This document shows positions 12,779-24,341 of a stretch of DNA of 64,000 nt, piece after piece (the stretch's first letter is position 1; each line of letters starts with the position of its first letter). Source of the DNA: Bispira polyomma (lineage: Eukaryota); NCBI GenBank assembly GCA_965649765.1, contig OZ287758.1:20832001-20896000 (forward strand). Reading direction: 5' to 3'. The notes beneath the pieces are model-generated. The model was not told the origin of the DNA and searched no databases. It was given only the letters and a program-made list of their open reading frames with translations. A program made the position numbers and the translations under genes.

Positions 12779-14028
12779 AGCAACAGTTAAAATGCAACTC
12801 TTCACCTCACTCTCCTAATATGATTACTTCCTTATTTACTTTGACAATAGTGTTGATAATTATTTCCTGACAAAAAGGAATCAACGACAGAGTCAAATCA
12901 GTAGTAATTTAGTGCTGAATGGAAACAACTGTAACAGTTTGCTGAATGGATTTGGTGGAATTTATATACTTAACAAAGTGGTATATGCAGGTCTGAGTCT
13001 GATTTCATCTAATGTGTACTGGCCCATGCCAAAACAATTACAGAATTATTCATACATGTATTTTATGATTAGACAGAGTACTCTGCCACCAATGACGGCT
13101 TTTTTAAGGCTTTAGTAACGTAAACACGAAAACGATCGCTGTTTAAAAAAAAAAAACGATCACCAGAAACTGCACAGCTTTTTTTTTGTGGCCTTAAACT
13201 TAATTTATGCATATTTCACGACACAATCTTCTAAAAAAAGATGTTTGGATTCTTCATTTTATGAAATAAGATAACATATCAAAAATGTAAATCATTCAAA
13301 ATAATCAACATGTCCTCTAAAATTGTTTAGAGTATATGTCTGCATTGTGTTGGATGAATACTCGTATTGTGTCACAACAGAAAGGGCTCTCCGCGAATTG
13401 TTTACAAATATGACATATAAATTTCAAATTGTGTAAAGTCACAATTCAAGCATCAGGGAATATTGCTTAATAGGGACAGATTATTCGGTGCAATGTACAA
13501 TGTACTTCTATGGCAGTGCCACTTTATTTGCTCATTTCCATATGTACGGCTTGGGGTTGCGTCTTACGGTAATAAATTAAACCTTTGTGACATAGAAGCG
13601 GCGTTACCATGTGCATGGCTTGTGGCATAATTTGCTGACGGATTGAATTTTGCCACATTAACAGGCCAGAAGTACACAGAATAGAAAAAAACAACAACAC
13701 AATATTAAGTACACAAGAATACAACAGCAAGCCGCACCCCCAACTGTAATCCTCATGCATGGAAGCTCTAAAGCATTTTTGGAAAATGTGGTGTTTTGTT
13801 TCTAATTCAAACTGCTTTTGTTCTATACAACATTTTATGTAATCATATTCACACTGTCTTAAATTTGTATTCTATTCAGCTACACACTGACGCTAGCATA
13901 TCATAGGTCACCCTAATGTTCAGCACAATGGCAAGATCTTAAAACTAAAACCCACAAATATTAACACCAATCCATAACTCTGTTCTGTATCTTGACCACC
14001 GATGAGAACAACAGCTGAACAAATTTAC

Positions 14029-14127
14029 CTGGGGATTCACAAAGGCAGCCAAGTCTTAAATCTAGCACAAAAGTATAGTGATTTAAGCCTAAGATCTGGC
14101 TAAGTCCCTTCGTGAATACGGCCCCTG
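14029..14127. mobile_element. Short MITE of the CAGGGGCCGTATTCACGAA TIR family
   Basis: Left ctggggattcacaaagg, right ccttcgtgaatacggcccctg, with internal inverted symmetry. Confidence 0.5.
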
Positions 14128-14225
14128 GTCTTTACCCACATGTATTATATCTGTTGTTTACTTGTAAAATGACGCATGGTGGCCAGTGACGTCATAGCTA
14201 CTGTGACGTCAGAGATGGACAATAT

Positions 14226-15606
14226 CCCAGCGGGCATAACGATGTCTATATGATGTCTAAATGACGTACCACCCCGATGTCTAACTGACATCCTTTTTTG
14301 GTTGGATTTGAAAGTTGGAATGACATCATTTTTCTGGGGTCTAAATGACATCGGAAATATGATGTCATTTAGACGTCAGATATACGACATCATTTCAACT
14401 TTCAAATCCAACTAATAAATGGAGTACATAAGAAAAAGAGGGAGGGAGTAAAAGAAAAACGGGGGGGGGGGGGGGGGGGGGGGGGGGAAGGTGGGGCAGT
14501 AAATTTTAGCAACTGCCTTTACACTTCCACCTTTACCCTTACTTACCAAAGTGGTGCATACATTTAAGGCAGACAATAGGTTTAAGAAATATCTCTGATA
14601 TATAACTAATATAATATAGTATAACTTATGGTTGTCAATGTCTGAATAATTAAGATGTTTTGTGCTTCAGATAATTTTTTTAAAATTCATGTTGATGCAT
14701 TTCATATTTGTGGGACCGATATATATAATATATATATATATATATATTTATTATACCTCGGGGGCAAATCTAGAGATCCTATTGGTTAAAATTCGATCAG
14801 ATGACATAACATATTTACAGATATGGCCCCAGAGTCGCGGGCCATATTACTGCAGCAGGCCATATCACTTGCAAGGTTCAGCAAGCACCATTTGCGGTAA
14901 TATTTTGGTATTTCAATAATATTTACATATATTTAACATATATAACTTTAAATTACATCAAAACTAGTACTTAACGCTATTTTATTTAAATTATCATTAA
15001 TGCTCTGACAACCCCTACAATCGTCATACTCGTTATGGGTGTTAGGGGCGCTACTAAACCTCGGAGCTCGGCGAAAATAGACATTGTCTCTAAAAAAAAT
15101 TATTGAAAGACTATTTTTTTTCTTAAAAATGCTTCGGTATAATAAACAGAATATAAGCTGTTTGTGAGGGCCATACTAGGATATATGCACCCAAGGCCAA
15201 TATGGCCTGAGGGCCATCATTATGACCCTTACTTATCCTATATTCTGTAAATATGCTGCCATTTAAGACCCACATAATCATATTTGCTGGGCTGCGTACC
15301 TGCTGGGCAATTACAAAAAAGACCATTCCCATAATTCTCTTCCACAGGGATTTATATTAGGAATGTCATTATAAAATCATAACAACATCTAAATATATGT
15401 CATCTAAATATATGTCAGATAGTGTACATCATAATGACATCACAATGACATCTAAATATATGTCAGATATTGCAGATCATAATGATGTCTTAATGACGGC
15501 TAAATATATGCTTAATACATTAGGATGTCAAAATGACGTGGAAATGACATTATGTCCATTTTTAGACTAAAATGTGATATCAAAAAGACATCAAGTGCCT
15601 ACTGGG
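14226..15606. mobile_element. Non-autonomous DNA transposon, CMC/EnSpm-like
   Basis: TIRs CCCAGCGGGCA / TGCCTACTGGG flanked by a 2-bp AT duplication. Dense subterminal GA(C/T)(G/A)TC repeats at both ends (14240-14400, 15360-15595). Contains poly-G at 14461-14487 and (TA)n near 14720-14745. Confidence 0.7.
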
Positions 15607-16069
15607 ATAACGTAATACCCTCTCTATTTTGTCAGAGGAGATCGTTACATATACTGTTGTGTTAATGAGTACGGATTACATGTACATGACTGTGACGTAT
15701 TAGAAATGAAACTGCTAGTGAGAAATAAAACCTCACTCTGTGGACTATACTGATCCTATAAAATGTATTTTATCTAAAGAGGTCACATTATATGGCATAC
15801 TACAATTAAATAAAGCTAAATAAATAATAACGACACATGATAACCTAATCATTCAGCCATATGTTAACAATGCTGTCAATATGGTTATTTTTAAGACCGG
15901 AAGTGCGCATAGAAGACAAAAGCCGTCAGTGCGCAATTCGTAACCGTACTTAATCTGGGAGAATAGACCACTGATAGATAGTTCCGTCAGTAGCTACAAA
16001 AATAGTTCACAGTAAGTTAGAAAATATCCTATTATTTGCTTTAAAATATACTGTTGTCAGTCTTTATAA

Positions 16070-16221
16070 TAGAAATAAAGTACACAGGCTTGTTTTTTTT
16101 GGCGAATCAAGGACAGCCTTCCGGCATAATGGACTCGAACCTACCGGCCCTCGTCCATTATTGCGTCGTAAGTCAGTCCTTGATTCGGCAATAAAGTATT
16201 CGCCCTTGAACTTTATTTCTA
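16070..16221. mobile_element. Palindromic (foldback) non-autonomous element of ~150 bp
   Basis: Nested inverted repeats: TAGAAATAAAGT/ACTTTATTTCTA, CGAATCAAGGAC/GTCCTTGATTCG, ATAATGGAC/GTCCATTAT. Confidence 0.75.
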
Positions 16222-17145
16222 CATTAGAATACAAATCACTTGGTCATTCTGATCCACCAATGTAAACAGTTGAACAGTTTACAAGTACAATGAATTAATC
16301 TGTGTCTAAATTTTGTGGTAAAGATATATCGTTGTTGAGTCCAAGGCATTATATACAATTTAAGAAAGCCTCTAGTTTTAATTTCATCGACAAGCCATGG
16401 CTAATAGATTGTCTGTATGTATTTTAATTAAAATGTGCTTGTGTAACTTTCAGTACATATTTGTTTCTGGAGAATAGTGGGTACATTGATTCAAGCTACC
16501 TTTTGTGCTAAATGTTGGGATGGACAAAGTCGGATGGTATGCTGTACCAACCTGCCCAAGTCTAGATATAAAAAACAGAGTGACATTATTCTATCTTCTT
16601 TTAATAATTAGCCAGTCCCACAGACACAGCTAGGTGTTTGAAAAGGTTGACGTCATACCACATCAATAATGACATTGGCTGTGTTGAAGCAGTAAAGGAA
16701 GGTTAAGATTGCGATTTGTGTCGTGAAATATGCTTATTTTTCCACATATGTAGTATAACCTCAAATTAATAATGTCAAATTAATCATTTATGCAACCCGT
16801 GCTTTGCATCAATACCAGAAATAGCTTTTTACAACACCCACAGCCCATTATATATACTTTCATATTAATATTATGGATTACATATAATAAATAGTATGTA
16901 AGATAAACATTGCCAAGTATGTTACTTTGCTCTTAATTATTTGAGATATTCAGTTGAAGATAAAAAAAGAAGACCTAAAAGCTAATTTTAACTTTCTTGG
17001 GTGTTCTGCTAACCCTTAAAGTAATGGATGTCTACCAGATCACATAAATCATTCACCCCACAATCCACAATTTTATTGATGGGAGTGGCATTAGGTTATG
17101 TGACCTTGATATGACCTCTACACAGTTTGTAAGCATGTAGTAAAT

Positions 17146-17337
17146 TCAGTGCTTGTGATGCTTCAAGCCCAGACAGCCAGACGGAGAGGGAGGCAACCAA
17201 TCCAATTTGGCTGCAGCAATAGTGTGGACCTGTTCAGTGAGCCTCTGTACTGTGTCAGAATAGAGACAGGGAAGAGAACGGAACTTGTGGTCATATTCTC
17301 CACAAATCTCACACTCAAGCTCAACTTTAAGATCTCC
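17146..17337 (-). pseudogene. Possible TRIM-like RING-finger exon remnant: GDLKVELECEICGEYDHKFRSLPCLYS...
   Basis: Acceptor cttccctttacag, then a 63-aa open frame with C-x2-C-x11-C and an SLPCL motif. The second half of the RING is missing. Confidence 0.3.
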
Positions 17338-20300
17338 CTGTAAAGGGAAGATGCATAAAGTCTGACTGCATTTTTAAATTCAGTGCTGAAAACTCTTTTA
17401 AATGAATGGTGACATGTAAAGATGCGAGTCGGGGTGTGTGAAGTGCATTGATTATCGCCCATGCGGACTCAATGCATCATTCGATGCATCGAAAACTCCA
17501 TTTTAACCAAATAAAGTGCTGATACATACCTAGACTCTACTGTTTTTTATGTTTTCCCACAATACACCTTCAAATTTAGGTGAAAAACGAACATAAACTT
17601 ACATTTTGACATATCTATTATTTATATTTGTTATAGGCGACAATATGCTTTTAGGTGCTTACTATATAAATGATTGAGCAAAGCCTGGCTCAATCATTTT
17701 TCTTGTCTCACTCGATTAATGCATCTAGCTAATGGTCGCAGCATTAGTGACAAGTCCAGGTTATTTCTATATAAGAAGACTTCCACACATGCCTACAGAT
17801 GAGTTGAATCTGAGTTAGAGTATGTAATCGTTTGGAGCATACAGCCACGGGAAAACAGGAGGTATGGACCTGTGCTTTAAAACAACCCACTTTAGTTTCT
17901 TTAACAGTCATTCCACAGGCTCTTGATATTTCATCAATCAATTATGTATTTAAAAGAAATAAATGTTTAAATGCATGACTGATGGAACTTAGTCTAAACC
18001 ATAAGCTAAAATTGCTACTTATTTTTCAATTCAGAAATTTATGGGTTGAATGAAGTTAAATTAAAAAGAGTTGTTGCAATAAAAAATAACAAGAGGTAAT
18101 TAAACCAAAAATGAATGTCAGTATATTTTTACAAACAAAAAAAAACTATATTTGTTTTGGTACTTGGCAATTTGTATGGTGTAAAAATTACATAGTTCTT
18201 ACAGGATAATAAATAGACTGTTGGGCTGGCACACAGTCCCTTTTGCCAGAGTTAAATTGAATACAACCCCAGGCCCTTATTAAGATGAATCCACTGAGTT
18301 TCTGTTCACCCCCATCAATCATGCTGGCTAGGCAGAATATTGCTCCCTCTCACTCCCTCAGTATTACTCAAGCACAGAGCCAAATAACAAGACCAAGAAA
18401 GAGAAAATTGATACAGAATCAAAATCACCACAGTATTTAAAGCTCACAGCCAATTGAAAAGATGTCCAATGTTTTAAGTCTAGAGGTAGTGTAAACTTTA
18501 TGTATGTGTGGTGCATTAACTTATTGTCCCGGATGAAGTTTTACATTTGTATGTAGCATTAGAACAGTTAATTCAAGGTCATGTTAATTCACCATTAGAT
18601 ATAATTGTAAGGCTATTTATTATTCAATAAGGAATAATGAATTGTTAAAATCTTATCTGAACCCAAACACCTAAATACTAATACTTAAAACTTTAACATT
18701 TTAATGGAATGCAATTAAGTAAAAACAATTTGTTTATATAATGTAGATCGTTTTAGAGAAATATACATCTTTGTTTTGAACCAAAAAAGTGCCATACAAA
18801 TGCATCTGTTGTTATTTTTAAAACGTTCATAATGACCAAAAGGTCAGTTACATAAAATATATATGTTGGTATGGATGGTATAGGAAATATCAGGACTCGT
18901 TACATGATATATGTCCAAGAGAGTAGAGTAAATAAGGTTTCCGCACATTCTAGTGTAGCAAAAAATTACATACTTAATATAAATAATAGAATAAAATGCA
19001 AAGTAACAAGTCTTTCAAATGAAGCATAAATGAAAACAGTACAATATTCAAACATCTGTATCCATAAGCTTATATAATACATCTGTTCAAATAAATGGTC
19101 ACTGCCAATGTCTGGAATATAGCAATCTTCTTACATGTCACAACCATAAAATAAACAACAGTATACCCTTATATAAGCCTAAACTAGTGAGTAAATAATT
19201 ACAAAAACCATATGTTTTATCATTGTAACCAGCTTCTGTACTAAGGGAAAGATGTAAGAAAACAATGACTATAAACTGACAAAGGGAATCTGAGTCTCCA
19301 TCCCAGGCGACCTTTGGAGATTTGATTATTTAGATGAAGAATCATGATGTGCAGTTTGTGTCACATAAACAAGTGAAAATGACCATTTATATACCAGCCT
19401 TAAGTATTTCCTCCTGGGAAGAAATAAGGTCTTATATAATGGGTAGTATTTATGCCATTAAGACAACATGCTACTGCTATTGGAGTGGGCTATACCAGCT
19501 TGCCTGAAGGGTTTACATTGGACATTGAGGAGGTAGACAGCTATCTCTGCTTACAAGACCCTTCCTATTGTTGGCAAGAGATAACTCCCAGTATAAATCA
19601 ATAATACTCAGCACATCTTCACAGAAAGACATTGTTCAAAAAGTGGGGAGCTTCTGTCAGATCTTGAGGCCGGATGTTTGCTTAAGTTTCACTACAAAGT
19701 CAATAGTTGATGATAATTCAGAGATTACAATTGCATAGATATTCCAATTGGCACTGCTATTTGTATTTGTTGTGATTTTTTACAGTAAAGATATGTTCAT
19801 TTATGTGACCTTTTGTAGAGGAAGTTATATGTAAGAAATGAAGAAGCAACTGTTAGCAAGACAGATAAAAGTTGTCTGTTCAGAAGAGAAAGAGGATGTC
19901 AATAGCTTAAAAACCCCTAGAAATGGAAATATTTGTTTTAGTGAGCACTTTACTCGATGCAAATGAACGATCACCGCTATTTGTTATAAAAGCTATAAAG
20001 GAGAGTGCCACACAATTCAAAGGGGAGGGAAAATGGATGGATTCTAAGACTCCTCACTGGAAAAAAAGGTCGAGAGGAGAGGGAATGAAGTGCTAAATAG
20101 GTGGTTGTATGCGAGAACGTGAAGTGAATAGTTAGTACTCACAGTCTCAAAGACTTGCCTCCAGAAAAAAAAACAGCCTTGGTGAGATTTCTCAGCTTCA
20201 ACATGGTCGGACCAATGGTAAAGTGAGAGAGAAGGGGTGAAGGGAGGGGGTATAAATTGTACTGTCTTGACCTTGGCTGCTTATTATAGTTATATTGGTT

Positions 20301-23300
20301 TACTAAATATCCCAGGGGCAGATAGAGTGTCAGACTTGGTCTCGTTATTAGGCTTGTTTTCAGTAAAAAGCTTGTCTTTAAACAACACCAATATTCTCAG
20401 ATTCATTCACAGAAACATCATATTGTAAATACACCATGTCCACACTATAGCCTTTTAACTGAAGAGGTTTTTATAATTATAATACCTATCTCAATATGTG
20501 TTGTTTAATACTTTTCTTAATTCAGCAATTATAACCTTCAATCTTTTTAAAAGTATTAGTAAACTTGATGGCTACAATAATATCTGAAAATAATAAGATG
20601 TAAAGTAGTAAAAGCTAGTGGAACTGAATTGTTAATTTTCTGTTTTTGCAAACTTTCTACATTTCCGAACACCACTTCTTCTAAAGGTCAGATGTGATTC
20701 AACATTTGTACATTGAGATGGGAATAAAGCTCTTTGCACACATTACTGAAGGCAAATGTTAGAACATTTCATTTCATTTCAACATTTTGTCATTCAGAAA
20801 GCTTTAATGTTATTAAACTTATTTTAAATTTTTTAGTTATTAATTTAAGCCTTGACTTCTGTACTGATTGAAATAATGTCCCGATGTTTCAACATACAGG
20901 TCTGTTTGAAATATCACAAAAATTTTACATCCATATATTAATAATCAATTTAGCCTGGTTGAAAAGGCAAACTTAATTACACTCCTGTCCAGTGATAATG
21001 CAACTCTCATTCATTATAATAGTACATTGTATAATGCCACACTAAGACCAACAAAGACTAAATACATTGGCATTGGTTATGGACATAACAAAGGATTGGT
21101 GAATTTGAGACAAATTTGTACTTTGGAATTTACCTTGGGCTTCAATATTAGGGCAGATTATTATGTACTCCTATTAAGACGAGTAAATTTGATATAAAAT
21201 ACAAGAAAAGATAGCATAAATGTTACGACTGTATTAAAATATCGTTGATATAAGGGTCTTGTAAATCGATATTTGCCGTTTTTCTTCTTCAAACAATGTG
21301 TTTTGTATAATTTACATTACAAAATTATATTTGAACATCTCTAGATTAAATCAAAACTCCAATTTTCATTTTCGACAAGAACATTATTTTTCAATGTGAA
21401 ATAAACCCATAAAGAAATGGTTGAAACTCGCAAATTTACTCTTGTACCCGCTAGCTGACATTGCTTTACATTAGTAACTCGATCATACTGCTGTTTACAA
21501 CCCATATCATATTAACATGTGTTCAGTGTCTAATAATCCAGTGTAGATGGGTCCACCCCCTTTTTAGGCCATAACACAGTGATACAAGACAAAACAACTA
21601 TTAATATCAAATGGTTGGATTCAATTAGCAGGTCCTGGCAGGGTGTTTTTTGCCTATGGCTATCATCATCACTTTGATACACATATAGCTGGCAGCCTTT
21701 CTCTGTGTATCAATGTAGAGAGAGAGCATCTCATCCCACACTACCCCGTACTCCAGTATGTTCCTCTCAGCTCACTGATTGAGTTACAGCCCCCCGAAAT
21801 GGCAGCATTTGGTGTTACATTATAACACAGACTTGCCACAAACTGTGATCAATACTGGCACCGCTCCACCCTCTCTCTCTTACCCCCGCCCCCTCCTTAC
21901 TTTCTATGTTTTCTCTAGTCTCTTGTCCTGCCTCATAAGAAATTACTGTTGTAAATATTCTCATGAAGAAAGTGAAAAAAGTAGAAATTTATACATGTGG
22001 TGATGTAAATATGATTTGTTTGTACACATATGGGTGTAAGACATGTATAATGTAAGCTGCAGTAGCATCCTTTAGGTAAAATAAGAATAACAGCATAAAG
22101 GGTACTAACATTTACTGGAAAAACTACAAGCATACTGACGAAAGTTAGTTATCTAGTTGTAACATGTGAGGCCATACTGGTATATAACTGACGATGCAAT
22201 GAGCTATGTTTTTCCCCATACTACATATGGGTCCAATCATATCACATTAAGTGATGTGAAAGTCTTACATCATAAGTTTGTAACAGAAAATGCATGTATT
22301 ATATGCTGATGACATGATCTTGTGCCAGCTATTTAATAGAGATCAAAGTCAAAATCTTGCATATTACATGTTTTATATATCGTTTGTGAAAAATTGAACT
22401 AGGTCCTCTATGTGGGCATGGGCTGCTCTTGAGGTTGTCACTAATGAAGTGCACTCTTTATTAATCAAAAAGTAGTTGTCAATACTCTATCACTGAGTAC
22501 AGAAATTGACTTCGTTCCTGTTCATTTTGATCAGATTAGACGTCAATCCTGTAGTAAATGGGACAGTCATGACCGTGATGCCTAATTCAATAAAGCTTGA
22601 GTGAATCTCCCTGTCCATCAGAGCAAAGACTCCTTCAATCATCGGATTAATGTCGGATAATCAGAAAAACCTCTGTTCACTGGTCGTCTGCTGGTTTACT
22701 GCAGATTCATCTGACTTAACCAGCTGCTCAACAGCATCAAATTCTATGTTAGGTCATATGTGGTCCATATGAAGGTTTGCCAAGAAAAAAGGCCAGATTG
22801 TTTAAAGATGTATTTATGTTAAGTAAACTTTCCAGTTTCTTTATCTCCTGTTTGTAAATAAGCTTACAATTGTGGAATGCTAGTCACCTTAATGTCTTAC
22901 ATTACATTGTTCTTGTATTACAGTCTACATGTGCTAAAACTCACAAATTGACACAAATATACATAGGGTAGTCGGTTGTGAAATTTTGTTCCTTTTCTAT
23001 AAGCTTCTATAAGCATTACTAATATTATTAAACTTTTTTTGACTTGTCAAATTCTAAGCTACTACATTAAAATTATATCCAAAAATCACACTGACAACCG
23101 GAAGATGATCAACCGATACCTGGGAGATCATTATGGAGGCAATGCATCATAGGATGCACTTGTGCACTGTTAGTCAATTAATTAAGAAACATTTAACCCA
23201 ACAATTATTACTAAGAGGGTAAATATATTTTTCTCTTACCTTTTACACATGTGGGAATAGTGTATACATATAACTATTGTTATGATTAATAAACTTTTTT

Positions 23301-23670
23301 GGCACTCATTTTGGATTAAATAAAAATTTTAAGGCAGTGATGATAATGCTAATTAGAATCTAAAAAAGAGACAAAACATCAACACAAAAGGATCAAGCGA
23401 TACCAGTGAGATGACTTAGGACAAAATGCATCATCAAACAAATACATCGTAATCTGTGCCAGAAGGAATGTAAGGTAACATCATGGGATGTGAGCGCCAT
23501 TATAGCTTATTTAACAACATACAAAATAAGTGGAAACTTGTAAAATCCATTGAAGGCAGTTTTATTTATTCATGATTATTAGAATTTTTTCTCTGTTCAT
23601 ACCATACTTTATCATTACCTCCAGTATTCCTTTAGGTCTTATGTTATTGTATTTAGACCATTTTATTATC

Positions 23671-24005
23671 CCCCATGGACAAGTGGTTAGGGAGTTAGTC
23701 TAATGATCAGAAGATCCTGGGTTTTACTAGTTTAATTGGTGCGACACTATTATTGGACAAGATTTGTACACGAGTTTGCCTAGTGGCTTGGATGGCTACT
23801 TAAAATGGCAGTCCTCTGTCACTGGGTCCTATACCCCGTGGAAGGGTAAAGATTATTGGAAATGTTGATAACTGGTTATCCTCAAGCCTCTCTCGTCAGT
23901 TACGGAGAATTACAGTAGCTGATGCAATTGACTGTTACAGCCAGGAAAGGGTTAATTAGCACTCTAAATACCAGATGAAGATACACGCCGAAGTATAAAT
24001 ATTAA
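23671..24005 (+). mobile_element. Degenerate SINE with a tRNA-Thr-like head (second SINE family)
   Basis: tggacaagtggttagggagttagtctaatgatcagaagatcctgggtt resembles the D, anticodon and T arms of tRNA-Thr. Related heads occur at 46455 and 61482-61866. Confidence 0.55.
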
Positions 24006-24249
24006 TATGAATAGATTTATGTTCATCACATTATCTAACTTTATGTAGTATTTAAAGTGCAAATTAAATATTTTTTGACTGTCCCAAATTTCACCAGCAA
24101 CTGTCATTCATCAAACTAAGGATACAATTTATAAAGGTTCTTTAGCCTGCCACTGGGGGAGCCAGTAAAAGAGTCTGTTACTCACTAGCAGATTATGGTG
24201 TACAACTAATGATGACAATGCACTTTATCAAACCAAACAGGAGACTCAC

Positions 24250-24341
24250 CTAGTTTTCTTCTTTTGCCAATCCTTTGCTTGGTCTGAGCAGGTGATTTCC
24301 ACCAGAATTAGAAGGGGGACAATCATGGCAGTTAGGTCCAT
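24250..24341 (-). CDS. First coding exon of the LGIC-like gene with signal peptide: MDLTAMIVPLLILVEITCSDQAKDWQKKKT(S); whole exon 24250-24373
   Basis: ACCATGG start with in-frame upstream stops, hydrophobic core, donor AG|gtgagt in phase 2 (compatible with all three downstream exons), acceptor tgttttgttttgaccag immediately upstream of 24373. Confidence 0.65.

Noticed and set aside
17384-17392. REST/RE1 site from the TTCAGCAC half-site in the dispersed motif
   Set aside because: The right half-site GGACAG is absent, and the genome appears to be invertebrate.
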